Assembly (NCBI GenBank): GCA_049325335.1
Contig: JBMOMC010000007.1
Coordinates: 160,001 to 224,000, forward strand
DNA length: 64,000 nucleotides
From: Nitrospirota bacterium
GTDB lineage: Bacteria > Nitrospirota > Nitrospiria > 2-01-FULL-66-17
Direction of reading: 5' to 3'
Shown here piece after piece: positions 1 through 9,835 of the stretch. The position numbers were made by a program, and so were the translations under genes. Below the pieces are notes generated by a model that had not been told where the DNA came from, searched no databases, and saw nothing but the letters and a program-made list of their open reading frames with translations. The first letter of the stretch is position 1; every line of letters begins with the position of its first letter.

Positions 1-2
1 GG

Positions 3-893
3 GCGGGGTGGCACGTGTTGGCGATTCGATTCACCGACCGCGTGGGCAAGGGCCTGCGCTCGGCCCCGCGCGACGCGCTGTTAGCGGCCTCGACCCCGCC
101 CGGATCGTGGGGCAACGCCTTTGGGTTTCACCGGGCCATGGACCACACAGGCGCCATCATCGGCCCGCTCATCGCCATGGCGCTCTTGGCTTGGGGCCTG
201 ACCGACCTGCGGGTGCTGTTTGCATTGGCCGCGATTCCGGGATTGCTCGCGGTGGCGGTGTTGGTGTTTGCGGTGCGCGACGACACAACGGTCGCGCGTT
301 CGGTCCCCGCCGCTCAGCCGATTCGACTCAGCCTCGCGCCGTTTTCGCCGCGGTTTAAAACCGTACTGGCCGTAATCACGCTGTTTACCTTGGGCAATTC
401 CAGCGATGCGTTCTTATTACTCAAGGCCCACGCAGTGGGGATCAACGCAGCGTGGATCCCGCTGCTGTGGATCCTGCTGCACATCACCAAAGCCGCCAGT
501 TCCACGCCCGCCGGCGCCCTATCGGATCGCATCGGCCGGCCGCGTCTCATCCTGGCGGGGTGGATGACCTACGCCGCGGTGTACGCCGGATTCGGGGTGG
601 CGGACTCCGCGTGGCAGGTCTGGGTCCTCTTCGCGGTCTACGGACTCTTCTTCGGCCTCACCGAAGGCGTTGAAAAGGCCTACGTGGCGGACCTGGCGCC
701 CGCCGAGCACCGCGGAACCGCCTACGGCCTGTACCACGCCGCGGTGGGCATGGCCGCCCTGCCCGCGAGCCTGCTGATGGGCCTGGTATGGGAGCACGTG
801 AGCCCCGTCGCTGCGTTCGGCCTCGGCGCGGGCCTGGCCCTGCTCGCCTCGGCCTTGTTCCTCGTGGTACTCCGGGCGCAGGGACGCGCATAA
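3..893 (+). CDS. MFS transporter (5'-partial; starts before window)
   Basis: Frame is open from base 3. Multiple TM helices; MFS motif A 'GALSDRIGRPR'; 'DRVGKGLRSAPRDALLA' and 'GFHRAMDHTGA' are typical of this MFS subfamily. Confidence 0.9.
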   Translation, partial: AGWHVLAIRFTDRVGKGLRSAPRDALLAASTPPGSWGNAFGFHRAMDHTGAIIGPLIAMALLAWGLTDLRVLFALAAIPGLLAVAVLVFAVRDDTTVARSVPAAQPIRLSLAPFSPRFKTVLAVITLFTLGNSSDAFLLLKAHAVGINAAWIPLLWILLHITKAASSTPAGALSDRIGRPRLILAGWMTYAAVYAGFGVADSAWQVWVLFAVYGLFFGLTEGVEKAYVADLAPAEHRGTAYGLYHAAVGMAALPASLLMGLVWEHVSPVAAFGLGAGLALLASALFLVVLRAQGRA

Positions 894-912
894 AAAATCC
901 CCGAAAAAAACC

Positions 913-942
913 TTGACATCCCAAGGAAGGTTCCGGTATTCT
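913..942 (+). promoter_or_regulatory. sigma70-type promoter for rpsU
   Basis: TTGACA (913-918), 18-nt spacer, TATTCT (937-942), with an A-tract just upstream. Confidence 0.7.
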
Positions 943-1000
943 GCGCCGTCGTCTTTGAGGGGCCAACACCGGCCGACTACGGAGGTTGTGACTTCAGGCA

Positions 1001-1192
1001 ATGAAAATCGTTGTCAGCGATAATCAGGTCGACAAGGCCTTGCGGGTCCTCAAGAAGAAACTCATTAAAGAGGGCTTGCTCAAAGAGATGAAAAAACGCG
1101 AGTACTACGAAAAACCGAGCGTGAAACGCAAACGCAAGGAAAAAGAATCGCGCAAACGTATCCGCAAGCTCGCAACCAAAAAGACCCCGTAG
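1001..1192 (+). CDS. rpsU: 30S ribosomal protein bS21
   Basis: 63 aa, very basic; 'DKALRVLKKK...EMKKREYYEKPSVKRKRK' is the S21 signature. Confidence 0.97.
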   Translation: MKIVVSDNQVDKALRVLKKKLIKEGLLKEMKKREYYEKPSVKRKRKEKESRKRIRKLATKKTP

Positions 1193-1202
1193 TCCCTCAC
1201 CA

Positions 1203-2264
1203 ATGAGTCTGCGGCTCACAGCCGCGTTGCTCGTCCTACTCCTGGCGAGCGCTCCGCGCCAGGCAGATGCCACATCATTTAATCCGTATCCAGTAGATGG
1301 GGTTGACAATGGTCCGCCCGTCGGCATCCAGATTCGCCTACGCGTGGTTCAAATCCAGATCTTTCACGATCACGGCGATCAACTTCCCGACGGTCGCGCG
1401 ATCGGTTCGGGCACGGGCCTCGGCCGCGACGGCGTGTTGGTGCGTCGGGCGGAACTCGGGGTCGCCGGAGGCGCCCCCCTGGGCGCACGGTATCTCGTGG
1501 TCGCGGATCTGGTCGCCTCCCCCGTCCTGCGCGATGCGTTCATCGAGATCGGGGCGGAGCCGAAGTTTCAACTCCGCGTGGGTCAATTCCGCCTGCCATT
1601 CGGGCTCGAGACTCAACTGCCGCCTTACAAGCTCCCCGCGATCAACCGGATGCTCATGACGTTCCCCGGCGAGCAGCCCGATGAAGTTCCGGGATTGTTG
1701 CAGGAGTGGGATCGCGGACTCGCCCTGCTGGGCGAACCGATCAGCGGCCCGCTCAACGTCTCCTATGCGCTCGCCGTGGTCAACGGAACCGGTCCCAACG
1801 CGCCGGATTCCAACGACGGCAAGGACCTGGTCGGCCGCGTGGGGCTTCGCCTCGCGGGATACCAACTCGGCACCTCGTGGTACCGCGGCCGCGCGCCGAA
1901 CCTCGCGGGGCTCGACCGCCCCCGCACCCGCGTCGGCTGGGACCTGGAGATCCACCCGAATCCGCTCAACGCGCTCCTGATCCGCGGCGAATTGATCCAC
2001 GGCCGCGACGACGCCACGGCGTTTCGCGGCTGGTACCTCCTGGCAACCTACGCCGTGACCGATCACTGGGTCCCGCTCATCCGGATTGAACGGTTGGACC
2101 CCGACCGGACCGTTGCCGCCGACACGTTGGGCCGCACCACCCTCGGACTGACGTACACCCACTCCGAACAACTCGCCGTCTCCGCCAACTACGAATACCG
2201 CCGCGCCCCCGCCCTCCCCGGGGTGGACAACCTCGCGGTGGTACAGATTCAAATCAGTTTTTAG
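1203..2264 (+). CDS. Outer-membrane porin, phosphate-selective porin O/P-like
   Basis: Signal peptide; 'LRVGQFRLPFGLE', 'NGTGPN..DSNDGKDLVGRV'; amphipathic beta strands; C-terminal Phe (IQISF). Confidence 0.75.
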   Translation: MSLRLTAALLVLLLASAPRQADATSFNPYPVDGVDNGPPVGIQIRLRVVQIQIFHDHGDQLPDGRAIGSGTGLGRDGVLVRRAELGVAGGAPLGARYLVVADLVASPVLRDAFIEIGAEPKFQLRVGQFRLPFGLETQLPPYKLPAINRMLMTFPGEQPDEVPGLLQEWDRGLALLGEPISGPLNVSYALAVVNGTGPNAPDSNDGKDLVGRVGLRLAGYQLGTSWYRGRAPNLAGLDRPRTRVGWDLEIHPNPLNALLIRGELIHGRDDATAFRGWYLLATYAVTDHWVPLIRIERLDPDRTVAADTLGRTTLGLTYTHSEQLAVSANYEYRRAPALPGVDNLAVVQIQISF

Positions 2265-2323
2265 AGGCGCCCGAAACGATAGTCACTCAGTTTTCTCCCC
2301 GCTCTTCATGTTCACGGAGAGTG

Positions 2324-2445
2324 GAGGCGGTCGAGGAAGGGTCTAGATGCCAGCGAAGCGAGCACCGGACCGGAGCGTACTGAGTCGTACGCGAGGACCG
2401 GAAGCGCAGCGACAACGCCGCAGATGGCCCTTCATCGACCGCCTC
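2324..2445. mobile_element. MITE-like non-autonomous element with ~20-bp terminal inverted repeats
   Basis: The left end GAGGCGGTCGAGGAAGGGTC matches the reverse complement of the right end (GAGGCGGTCGATGAAGGGCC) with 2 mismatches. Central hairpin GCGTAC-tgagtc-GTACGC at 2375-2392. Intergenic. Confidence 0.65.
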
Positions 2446-2454
2446 ACCGTCGGC

Positions 2455-2484
2455 TTGATTTGGGGATAGGGGCGCTGCCATAAT
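2455..2484 (+). promoter_or_regulatory. sigma70-type promoter for the acpS operon (extended -10, probably leaderless)
   Basis: TTGATT (2455-2460), 18 nt, TGc-CATAAT (2476-2484). The ATG follows at 2493 with no SD. Confidence 0.5.
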
Positions 2485-2492
2485 CCGCCCCG

Positions 2493-2903
2493 ATGAACCA
2501 CGGAACTATCGTCGGCATCGGCATCGACTTGGTGCGGATTTCGCGCGTGCGGGAGGCGTTGGGCCGCTGGGCCGACCGGTTCCTCGCGCGCGTGTTGTCG
2601 CAGGACGAAACCGCGTATTGCCGGGCCCGGATCGACCCCGCGCCCCACGTCGCAGCGCGATTTGCCGTCAAAGAAGCGGCCATGAAGGCCCTGGGCGTGG
2701 GATGGACCGGCGCGGCGTGGCGTGAGTTCGAAGTGGTCAACATGCCGTCGGGTCAACCCACTCTGCGCCTGTCCGGACGGGCCGCCCAACGCATGGCCAC
2801 CCTGGGGGCGGACACCGCGTTCGTCAGCCTGACCCACGACGGGGACTACGCCGCGGCGCAGGTCATCATCAGCCGCAGGCCGGCCCCGTGCTCCGCGCCA
2901 TGA
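2493..2903 (+). CDS. acpS: Holo-[acyl-carrier-protein] synthase
   Basis: 'GIGIDLVRISR', 'AARFAVKEAAMKALG', 'VSLTHDGDYAAAQV'. Confidence 0.96.
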   Translation: MNHGTIVGIGIDLVRISRVREALGRWADRFLARVLSQDETAYCRARIDPAPHVAARFAVKEAAMKALGVGWTGAAWREFEVVNMPSGQPTLRLSGRAAQRMATLGADTAFVSLTHDGDYAAAQVIISRRPAPCSAP

Positions 2904-4510
2904 ACGTCGTCACCGCGCAGGAAATGCGTCGCCTCGACGACGCCGCGATCACCGAATACGCCATTCCCGTGACCATCCTGATGGAGCAAGCCGGCATGGG
3001 CGTGGTGCGCGAGATGGAACGGCGGTTCGGCGATCTCGGGGGGCGGTCGGTGGTGGTGCTCGCGGGCAAAGGCCACAACGGCGGCGACGGGTTGGTGGCG
3101 GCGCGGCACCTCGTGCAGCGCGGCGCGCACGTGCGGGTGTTTTTGACCGTGCCCGCGGACGCCAGCCGCGGTGAAGCGCAACTCCAAACCCACATCTTCC
3201 GCAACATCGGCGGAAAACTGTTCGATCCGTCGTCGTACGATCGCGCGGTGTTTCGTGCCGCCCTCGATGACGCGGATCTTGCGATCGACGCGCTGGTGGG
3301 TACGGGGCTGACCGCGCCGATCTCGGGCTTGGCCGCGGAACTGATCGCGGATGTGAACGCGTCCGGCAAACCCGTGACCGCGGTCGATATCCCCTCCGGC
3401 ATCAGCGCGGACACCGGCGAGGCGTTGGGCGTGGCCGTGCGCGCAACGCTAACCGTTACGTTCGCGCTGCCCAAACGTGGGCACTTCCTGCCACCGGGGT
3501 CGGACCATACCGGCGAGTTGCGGGTGGTGGACATCGGTATCCCGACACGCGCCATCGACCAGGCTGCGCTTCCCGTGTCCCTGTTCACGGAGGCGGCTGC
3601 CGCGGCCTGCGTGCCGGCGCGCCCGCGCGAGGGACATAAGGGCACCTTCGGTCATGTCCTGGTGGTGGCGGGCTCGATGGGCAAGAGCGGCGCGGCCATG
3701 TTGACCGCGCGCGCCGCGCTGCGCACCGGGGCCGGGTTGACCACGCTCGCGTGCCCGGAGAGCGTGTTGCGCGCGGGTGAAGCCAAACCCGCGGAGATCA
3801 TGACGTTGCCGTTGCCGGAAACGCCCGACCATACGCTCGCGTCGGCCGCGCTCGGTCCCTTGCTGGCCGCGGCCAAACAGGCCACGGTGGTGGCGATCGG
3901 CCCGGGGTTGTCCACGCACCCCGACACCCAGTCCCTGATCCGGGAGTTGGCCGCGCGCCTGTCGATCCCCATGGTCATCGACGCGGACGGCCTCAACGCG
4001 CTTGCGGATCATCTGGACCCGTTCAAACGCCCCCACCCTTCCACGGTGCTCACCCCGCACCCCGGCGAGATGGGGCGGCTCACGAAATTGGGCTCGCGCG
4101 AGGTGCAACGGCGACGGATCGACCTCGCGGCGGAATTCGCCAAGGCCCACCAGGTCGTGGTGGCGCTCAAGGGCGCGCGGACCGTGGTGGCGGGTCCCGA
4201 CGGGCGCGTGACCGTCAATCCCACCGGCAACGCGGGCATGGCCACGGCCGGCACCGGCGACGTGTTGACCGGCGTCATCGCCGCGCTCGTGGCGCAGGGC
4301 CTATCGCCCGCGGATGCGGCACGGCTGGGCGTGTATGTGCACGGCGCGGCCGGCGACCTGGTGGCCGCGGATCGCGGCGAGCGCGGCATGGTGGCCGGGG
4401 ATCTGCTGGATCGCCTCCCAGCCGCGTTGGATCGGATCGCCCCCACCGCCGCGCAACCCGTGCCCCGTCTGTTTAAACGTTCGGAACCCACGGTAAGGAG
4501 CGACTCATGA
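2900..4510 (+). CDS. nnr: Bifunctional NAD(P)H-hydrate epimerase/dehydratase (YjeF/Nnr)
   Basis: 'EMRRLD...LMEQAG', 'GKGHNGGDG', 'DIPSG', 'HKGTFG', 'IDADGLN', 'TPHPGEM', 'ATAGTGDVLTG'. ATG at 2900 overlaps the acpS stop. Confidence 0.95.
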   Translation: MNVVTAQEMRRLDDAAITEYAIPVTILMEQAGMGVVREMERRFGDLGGRSVVVLAGKGHNGGDGLVAARHLVQRGAHVRVFLTVPADASRGEAQLQTHIFRNIGGKLFDPSSYDRAVFRAALDDADLAIDALVGTGLTAPISGLAAELIADVNASGKPVTAVDIPSGISADTGEALGVAVRATLTVTFALPKRGHFLPPGSDHTGELRVVDIGIPTRAIDQAALPVSLFTEAAAAACVPARPREGHKGTFGHVLVVAGSMGKSGAAMLTARAALRTGAGLTTLACPESVLRAGEAKPAEIMTLPLPETPDHTLASAALGPLLAAAKQATVVAIGPGLSTHPDTQSLIRELAARLSIPMVIDADGLNALADHLDPFKRPHPSTVLTPHPGEMGRLTKLGSREVQRRRIDLAAEFAKAHQVVVALKGARTVVAGPDGRVTVNPTGNAGMATAGTGDVLTGVIAALVAQGLSPADAARLGVYVHGAAGDLVAADRGERGMVAGDLLDRLPAALDRIAPTAAQPVPRLFKRSEPTVRSDS

Positions 4511-5115
4511 CGTTGTTCGGCATCACCCTGGCATTCTCCATCTTATTGGCCGCGCTCGGCTCGGCCATGATCATCCACTCCATCGTGGGTAAGCGCCGCA
4601 TCCTGGCCGACTTTCGGAAGCTCTCGGCGCGCATCGGCGGACGCACCTCGCAACCCACGGTGTTTTCGTTCCCGCGGGTCGACGGCCGATTCGACGGTCG
4701 GGAGGCCGCGGTCTTTTTCCACCTGGCCAAGGGCGACAAGGCCAGTATCATCTATGTGGTCTACACGCTCTCGGCCAAAGCCGCGACCGCCCTGTTCCTG
4801 TCCAAGGACAAGTACTACAAACCGGTGAACGACCCGACCAAACTGTCCCGCGAAGCCGGCGAGGTGGTGCCGGGACTGGACGGTCGGTATGAAGTGCGGA
4901 CCAGCGACGTGGCGCGGGCCAACCGTCTGTTCAACCAAGGCGACATCCGCAGCCACCTGGACGCGCTGGAACCGTTCCCCAGTCTGATGTTCGGCCCGGA
5001 CCTGTTGGTGGCCGGCAAACCATTCGAGAGCGCGGCGGATACCCACCCGGAATCCGCGCTCAAGGCGTTTCGCGCGATGGACAAGATCGCCGCGGAGATG
5101 GAAGCCGTCGCGTGA
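4507..5115 (+). CDS. Hypothetical protein with N-terminal TM helix
   Basis: ORF is overlap-coupled to both nnr and tsaE; one N-terminal hydrophobic segment; plausible codon usage. Confidence 0.75.
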   Translation: MTLFGITLAFSILLAALGSAMIIHSIVGKRRILADFRKLSARIGGRTSQPTVFSFPRVDGRFDGREAAVFFHLAKGDKASIIYVVYTLSAKAATALFLSKDKYYKPVNDPTKLSREAGEVVPGLDGRYEVRTSDVARANRLFNQGDIRSHLDALEPFPSLMFGPDLLVAGKPFESAADTHPESALKAFRAMDKIAAEMEAVA

Positions 5116-5615
5116 GCCGCGCCGCGCTCAACGAGCCGGACACGGCCTGGCGCATCGTCTCGCGCTCGGAAGCGGACACCCGCGCGTGGGGCCGTCGGCT
5201 CGGGGAGCGACTGGTCGGCGGCGAAACGCTCGCGTTGATCGGCGAGTTGGGCGCGGGCAAAACCCGCTTCGCGCAAGGGCTCGCCGAGGGCCTCGGCGTG
5301 GACGCGTTCCGGGTGTCGAGCCCGACCTTCGCGATCCGGCACGACCACGTCGGACGCGTCATGCTGCTGCACTTGGACTTCTACCGCCTGCACGACGCCG
5401 AGGAAGTCGAATGGCTGGGTATGCTGGACGCGCCGGATGACGCGGTGATCGCCGTCGAATGGGCCGACCGGTTGCCCGGCGCGCTGCCCGACGATCGGCT
5501 GGAAATCGCGTTCGTGGCCGGGCCCGATGCCGACGACCGGTCCCTCACGTGTACCGCACAAGGGCCGCGCGCCGAACGCGCGTTGGCCGCGCTGCGCGCC
5601 GCGCATGGCGGGTGA
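5112..5615 (+). CDS. tsaE: tRNA t6A biosynthesis ATPase TsaE
   Basis: Walker A 'GELGAGKT', 'VSSPTF', 'HLDFYRL', 'VEWADR'. Confidence 0.95.
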   Translation: MSRAALNEPDTAWRIVSRSEADTRAWGRRLGERLVGGETLALIGELGAGKTRFAQGLAEGLGVDAFRVSSPTFAIRHDHVGRVMLLHLDFYRLHDAEEVEWLGMLDAPDDAVIAVEWADRLPGALPDDRLEIAFVAGPDADDRSLTCTAQGPRAERALAALRAAHGG

Positions 5616-6429
5616 CGGCCCGGACCACGCCGCCTCGCTCGGCGAGATCCTTCGCCACGCGAAAGCGCATCTGTTGTATGCGCGCGAATTGGGAGTACGG
5701 GACGTGCCGCTGACCCGACGCCCGATGTCTGACCGCCCGATCGCTCCCCGACGAACGGCCGGCACCCCCCCTACGAAACACCGACCCGCGCAGACGATGG
5801 TGGACGTGCGGCCGCGCGCATCCGCCTCATCAGCCGCGGCCGGGGATCCCGCCGCCGCGTTGGAGTGTCTGCGAACCGATACCATCGGCGATTGCCGCCG
5901 GTGTGGGCTCGCGCCCACGCGTACGAACCTGGTGTTCGGCGTGGGCAATCCGCGGGCGGACCTGGTGTTCGTGGGAGAAGCCCCCGGCGCCGAAGAAGAC
6001 GCGAAGGGCGTGCCGTTCGTGGGCGCGGCCGGACAATTGTTGACCAAGATCATCGAAGCCATGGGACTGCGGCGCGACGACGTCTACATCGCCAACATCC
6101 TCAAGTGCCGCCCGCCCGGGAACCGCAACCCGCTCCCTGACGAAATCGACTCGTGCGAACCGTTCTTAATCTCGCAGCTCGAGATCATCGCGCCCAAGGT
6201 CATTTGCGCGCTCGGCACCTTCGCGGCCCAGACCCTGCTCAAGACCAAGGACCCGATCTCACGCCTGCGCGGACGCTGGCACGCGTACCACGACATCCCG
6301 TTGATGCCGACGTTCCACCCCGCGTACCTGTTGCGGAATCCCGCCGAGAAGAAAACCGTGTGGACCGACGTGCAAGCGGTGATGGAGAAGTTGCGATTGC
6401 CCACCAAGCAACATCTTCGGACGCCGTAG
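5605..6429 (+). CDS. Uracil-DNA glycosylase family 4 (4Fe-4S)
   Basis: 'CRRCGL', 'GEAPGAEED..G.PFVG.AG', 'NILKCRPPGNR', 'TFHPAYLLR'. Probable start at ATG 5605. Confidence 0.93.
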   Translation: MAGDGPDHAASLGEILRHAKAHLLYARELGVRDVPLTRRPMSDRPIAPRRTAGTPPTKHRPAQTMVDVRPRASASSAAAGDPAAALECLRTDTIGDCRRCGLAPTRTNLVFGVGNPRADLVFVGEAPGAEEDAKGVPFVGAAGQLLTKIIEAMGLRRDDVYIANILKCRPPGNRNPLPDEIDSCEPFLISQLEIIAPKVICALGTFAAQTLLKTKDPISRLRGRWHAYHDIPLMPTFHPAYLLRNPAEKKTVWTDVQAVMEKLRLPTKQHLRTP

Positions 6430-6453
6430 GGGCGCACGGCCGTGTGCCCCTAC
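6426..6453. repeat. GTAG-type REP-like palindrome
   Basis: GTAGGGGCGCACGGCCGTGTGCCCCTAC is a 28-bp near-perfect palindrome (1 mismatch) that overlaps the UDG stop codon. Confidence 0.65.
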
Positions 6454-6470
6454 ACACGAGGAGGGTGACC

Positions 6471-6959
6471 GTGCGCCAGCTCTGGGCCCCTTGGCGGATG
6501 AGTTACATTGACGGCCCCAAGGCGGGACCGTGTATTCTCTGCGCACAGCCCAAGGCGTCCGATGACCGCGCGACCTATATCCTGGAGCGCACCGAACACA
6601 GCTTCGTGATGATGAACCTCTACCCGTACTCGAACGCCCACCTGATGGTCTCGCCCTACGCCCACGTGGACCGATTGGCTGCGTTGGATCGGGCCGCGGC
6701 GCTCGACCTGACCCTCACCCTCGCGCGCAGCGTGGAACGGTTGCGGGCCGCGCTCAAACCCGAGGGTTTTAACGTGGGATTGAATCTCGGGAAACCCGCG
6801 GGCGCGGGCATCGACGACCATGTGCACTTTCACATCGTGCCGCGCTGGAACGGCGACACCAACTACATGACCCTCTTCGCGGAGGTCCGCGTGATCCCCG
6901 AACACCTGGACGCGACGTACGACCGATTGCTCGCGCACTTTCGGGAACCGCGCCCGTGA
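6471..6959 (+). CDS. HIT-family protein (Ap4A phosphorylase/FHIT-like)
   Basis: 'LWAPWRMSYI', 'CILC', 'NLYPYSNAHLMV', 'HVHFHIVPRWNGDTN'. SD GAGGAGG precedes GTG 6471. Confidence 0.92.
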   Translation: MRQLWAPWRMSYIDGPKAGPCILCAQPKASDDRATYILERTEHSFVMMNLYPYSNAHLMVSPYAHVDRLAALDRAAALDLTLTLARSVERLRAALKPEGFNVGLNLGKPAGAGIDDHVHFHIVPRWNGDTNYMTLFAEVRVIPEHLDATYDRLLAHFREPRP

Positions 6960-7255
6960 TGCTGACCGTGCTCGCGCTGATCATCGCCGCGGCCCTGCTG
7001 CTCGTGGCGGGCGAGAATCGCCACCAATTGATGGTCGTGGAACTGCCGCTGGGGTTCCGCTCCGGACCGCTCGCGGTCGCGGCCGTGATCCTCGCCAGCG
7101 CCTTGGCGGGCGCGATCCTGGCGACGATTGCGTTCGCGCCCGCGTGGATCCGCGCCTCGCTGCGCGCGCGACGCCTCCGGCGCGAACTCGACGCGGTCGA
7201 GTCGCCGCGACCGGCCCGCAACGAACCCGCGTTGCCCGCGGACCACGCGCCGTAA
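6956..7255 (+). CDS. Small membrane protein, LapA (LPS assembly protein A)-like
   Basis: Two TM helices separated by 'EN...V.L', followed by a basic coiled coil 'RARRLRREL'. Confidence 0.6.
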   Translation: MMLTVLALIIAAALLLVAGENRHQLMVVELPLGFRSGPLAVAAVILASALAGAILATIAFAPAWIRASLRARRLRRELDAVESPRPARNEPALPADHAP

Positions 7256-7261
7256 GCCGCT

Positions 7262-9835
7262 ATGGCCGAACCCACGCCATTGATGCGCCAGTACGACGCG
7301 CTCAAGGCCAATCATCCTGGGACCTTGCTGTTGTTCCGGGTGGGCGACTTCTACGAGTTGTTCGGCGACGACGCGGTCGTGGCCGCCCCCATCCTGCAAA
7401 TCGCGCTGACCTCGCGCGACAAGAACAAAGACACCGGCATCCCCCTCTGCGGCGTGCCGTACCACGCGGCGTCCGGATACATCGCCAAGCTGCTCGCGGC
7501 GGGCAAACGCGTGGCCCTGGCCGAACAAATGGAGGAACCGAAACCCGGCGCCCTGGTGGCGCGCGACGTGGTGCGCGTGCTCACCCCGGGCACGGTGGTC
7601 GACGACACGTTGCTCTGCGGATCCGAACACGCGTATCTCGCAGCGGTGCTCCGCGACGGCGACGAGGCCGCGATTGCGCGCGTGGACGTGTCCACCGGAG
7701 ATTTCGACGTGGCCTCCTCGCGCGGGCCCCAGGCGGCCGCGCTGTCGGCCGACGAATTGGCGCGGACCGACCCGCGCGAGGTCTTGGTCGGTCCCGGATG
7801 GGCCGACCCTCCGCGCCCCGGCGCCGTGTATCAAGCCTGCCCGCCGGAGGCCTTCGACTCGGCTGAGGCCGATCGCGCGTTACGCGAACAGTTTCCCGAC
7901 GCCGAGGCGTGGACGGCGTTGTCCCCGATCGAACGGCGAGCGGCCGGCGCCCTGATTCGATACGTGCGGCACACGCTCAAGGGCCGCTGCGCCGCGCTCT
8001 CGCCGCCGACGCGCTCCGCGGCGGGCGACACCCTCGACGTCGACGAATCGGCGCAACGCACCTTGGAACTGGTCCGCGGCGGCGATGGATCTCGGCAACA
8101 CTCTCTCTTGGCCGTGCTCGACGAGACCGTCACCGCGATGGGTGGACGGTTGCTTCGCGATCGGCTGCTCCACCCGCTCTGCGCCATCCCCGCGATCGAG
8201 GCCCGACTCGACGACGTCGCCGCGTTCGTGGCCGATCCCGAGACGCGCGCCGTCCTACGCGAGCACCTCGGGACGATCGGCGACGTGGAACGCGCGGTAT
8301 CGCGCGCCGCGGTGGGATCGTCGACCCCTCGGGACCTCGCCATGCTCGGCCGTTCGTTGGAAGCCGGCGCCGGTATCGCGAAACTCCTTACCGCAAGCTC
8401 CGAGCCCCGAGTACGCGCCATGGGCGAGCATTGGCCCGACTTCGGTCGATTGATCGACCGCCTCTCCGCGGCGCTCGTGCCCTCGCCGCCGCCGACCGCA
8501 CGCGACGGCGGCGTGATCCGAGAAGGGTACCACCAAGAACTCGACGCGCTGCGGGTACTGCGCCGCGACGCCTCCGCCTGGCTCGCGCAGTTGGAAGCGC
8601 GCGAGCGCGCGCGGACCGGGATCGACTCGCTGAAAGTTCGCCACAACCACGTGTTCGGCTACTACCTGGAAGTCACCAAAGCCAACGCCGGCCGCGTGCC
8701 TCCCGAGTATCGGCGCCGGCAAACCCTGGTCAACGCGGAACGGTACGTGATCCCGGAACTCCTGGACTTGGAGTCCAAGATCACCGGCGCGGACGAGAAA
8801 AGCCGCGCGCTGGAAATCCGGCTGATCGAAGAGTTGCGCGAAGCCGTGGTCGCACACGCCGCGGGCATCCAGGCCTACGCCCGACGTCTGGCCACCATCG
8901 ACGTGGCCGCCGGGCTCGCCCACGCCGCCTCGTGCAACCGATGGGTCCGGCCGACCATGGTCGCGGAACCCGTGCTCCGGCTGCGCGAGAGCCGTCATCC
9001 GGTGGTCGAGCGCGGTCTGCCCGCCCAGCACTTCGTCCCCAACGATACGGACATGGACGGCGGCTCCACGCGGCTGGCATTGCTCACGGGCCCCAACATG
9101 GCGGGCAAGTCCACCTACATGCGCCAGGTGGCACTGATCGTCATCATGGCGCAGATGGGCTCGTACGTGCCGGCGGAAGAGGCCGTGATCGGATTGGTGG
9201 ACCGGCTGTTCGCGCGCGTGGGCGCGCAGGACGACATCGCGGGCGGGCGCAGCACGTTTATGGTCGAGATGAGCGAAACCGCGGCGATTCTCGCCCGCGC
9301 CACCCCACGCAGCTTGATCCTGCTCGACGAGATCGGCCGCGGGACCAGTACGTTCGACGGCATCAGCATTGCCTGGGCGGTGGCGGAAGACGTGCACACG
9401 CGCATCGGCGCGCGCACCTTGTTCGCCACCCACTATCACGAACTGACCGCGCTCGCCGACTCCTTGCCCGGACTCAAGAACTACAAAGCCGCGGTGCGGG
9501 AGTGGAACGAGGAAATCGTCTTCATGCGGAAGATCGTCGCGGGTGGAGCCGACCGCAGCTACGGCATCCAGGTGGCGCGATTAGCCGGCCTTCCCGATAC
9601 GGTCATCCGACGCGCGCGTGAAATCTTGCGCGATCTGGAACAACGCGGATCTCATTCCCAGGCATCGCCGCGCCCCGACGCCCAACCGGACCTCTTCGCC
9701 GCACCCGTTCACCCCATTGTGGCGGAAATCTCCGGGCTCGACGTCTCGCGGCTGACCCCCATCGACGCGCTCAATATCCTGGACCGGTTGAAAAAACGGA
9801 TCGACGGAACGGACGGTCGCCAAGCCCTCGACTAA
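7262..9835 (+). CDS. mutS: DNA mismatch repair protein MutS
   Basis: 'TPLMRQY', 'FRVGDFYELF', 'TGPNMAGKSTYMRQ', 'STFMVEM', 'DEIGRGTSTFDG', 'FATHYHEL'. Confidence 0.98.
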   Translation: MAEPTPLMRQYDALKANHPGTLLLFRVGDFYELFGDDAVVAAPILQIALTSRDKNKDTGIPLCGVPYHAASGYIAKLLAAGKRVALAEQMEEPKPGALVARDVVRVLTPGTVVDDTLLCGSEHAYLAAVLRDGDEAAIARVDVSTGDFDVASSRGPQAAALSADELARTDPREVLVGPGWADPPRPGAVYQACPPEAFDSAEADRALREQFPDAEAWTALSPIERRAAGALIRYVRHTLKGRCAALSPPTRSAAGDTLDVDESAQRTLELVRGGDGSRQHSLLAVLDETVTAMGGRLLRDRLLHPLCAIPAIEARLDDVAAFVADPETRAVLREHLGTIGDVERAVSRAAVGSSTPRDLAMLGRSLEAGAGIAKLLTASSEPRVRAMGEHWPDFGRLIDRLSAALVPSPPPTARDGGVIREGYHQELDALRVLRRDASAWLAQLEARERARTGIDSLKVRHNHVFGYYLEVTKANAGRVPPEYRRRQTLVNAERYVIPELLDLESKITGADEKSRALEIRLIEELREAVVAHAAGIQAYARRLATIDVAAGLAHAASCNRWVRPTMVAEPVLRLRESRHPVVERGLPAQHFVPNDTDMDGGSTRLALLTGPNMAGKSTYMRQVALIVIMAQMGSYVPAEEAVIGLVDRLFARVGAQDDIAGGRSTFMVEMSETAAILARATPRSLILLDEIGRGTSTFDGISIAWAVAEDVHTRIGARTLFATHYHELTALADSLPGLKNYKAAVREWNEEIVFMRKIVAGGADRSYGIQVARLAGLPDTVIRRAREILRDLEQRGSHSQASPRPDAQPDLFAAPVHPIVAEISGLDVSRLTPIDALNILDRLKKRIDGTDGRQALD

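Noticed and set aside
2287..2481. 64-aa minus-strand ORF between porin and acpS
   Set aside because: It runs through the MITE-like element and shows no protein-like features.
7909..9621. 570-aa alternative-frame ORF inside mutS
   Set aside because: A GC-rich off-frame artefact, Arg/Pro-rich, overlapping a well-supported gene.
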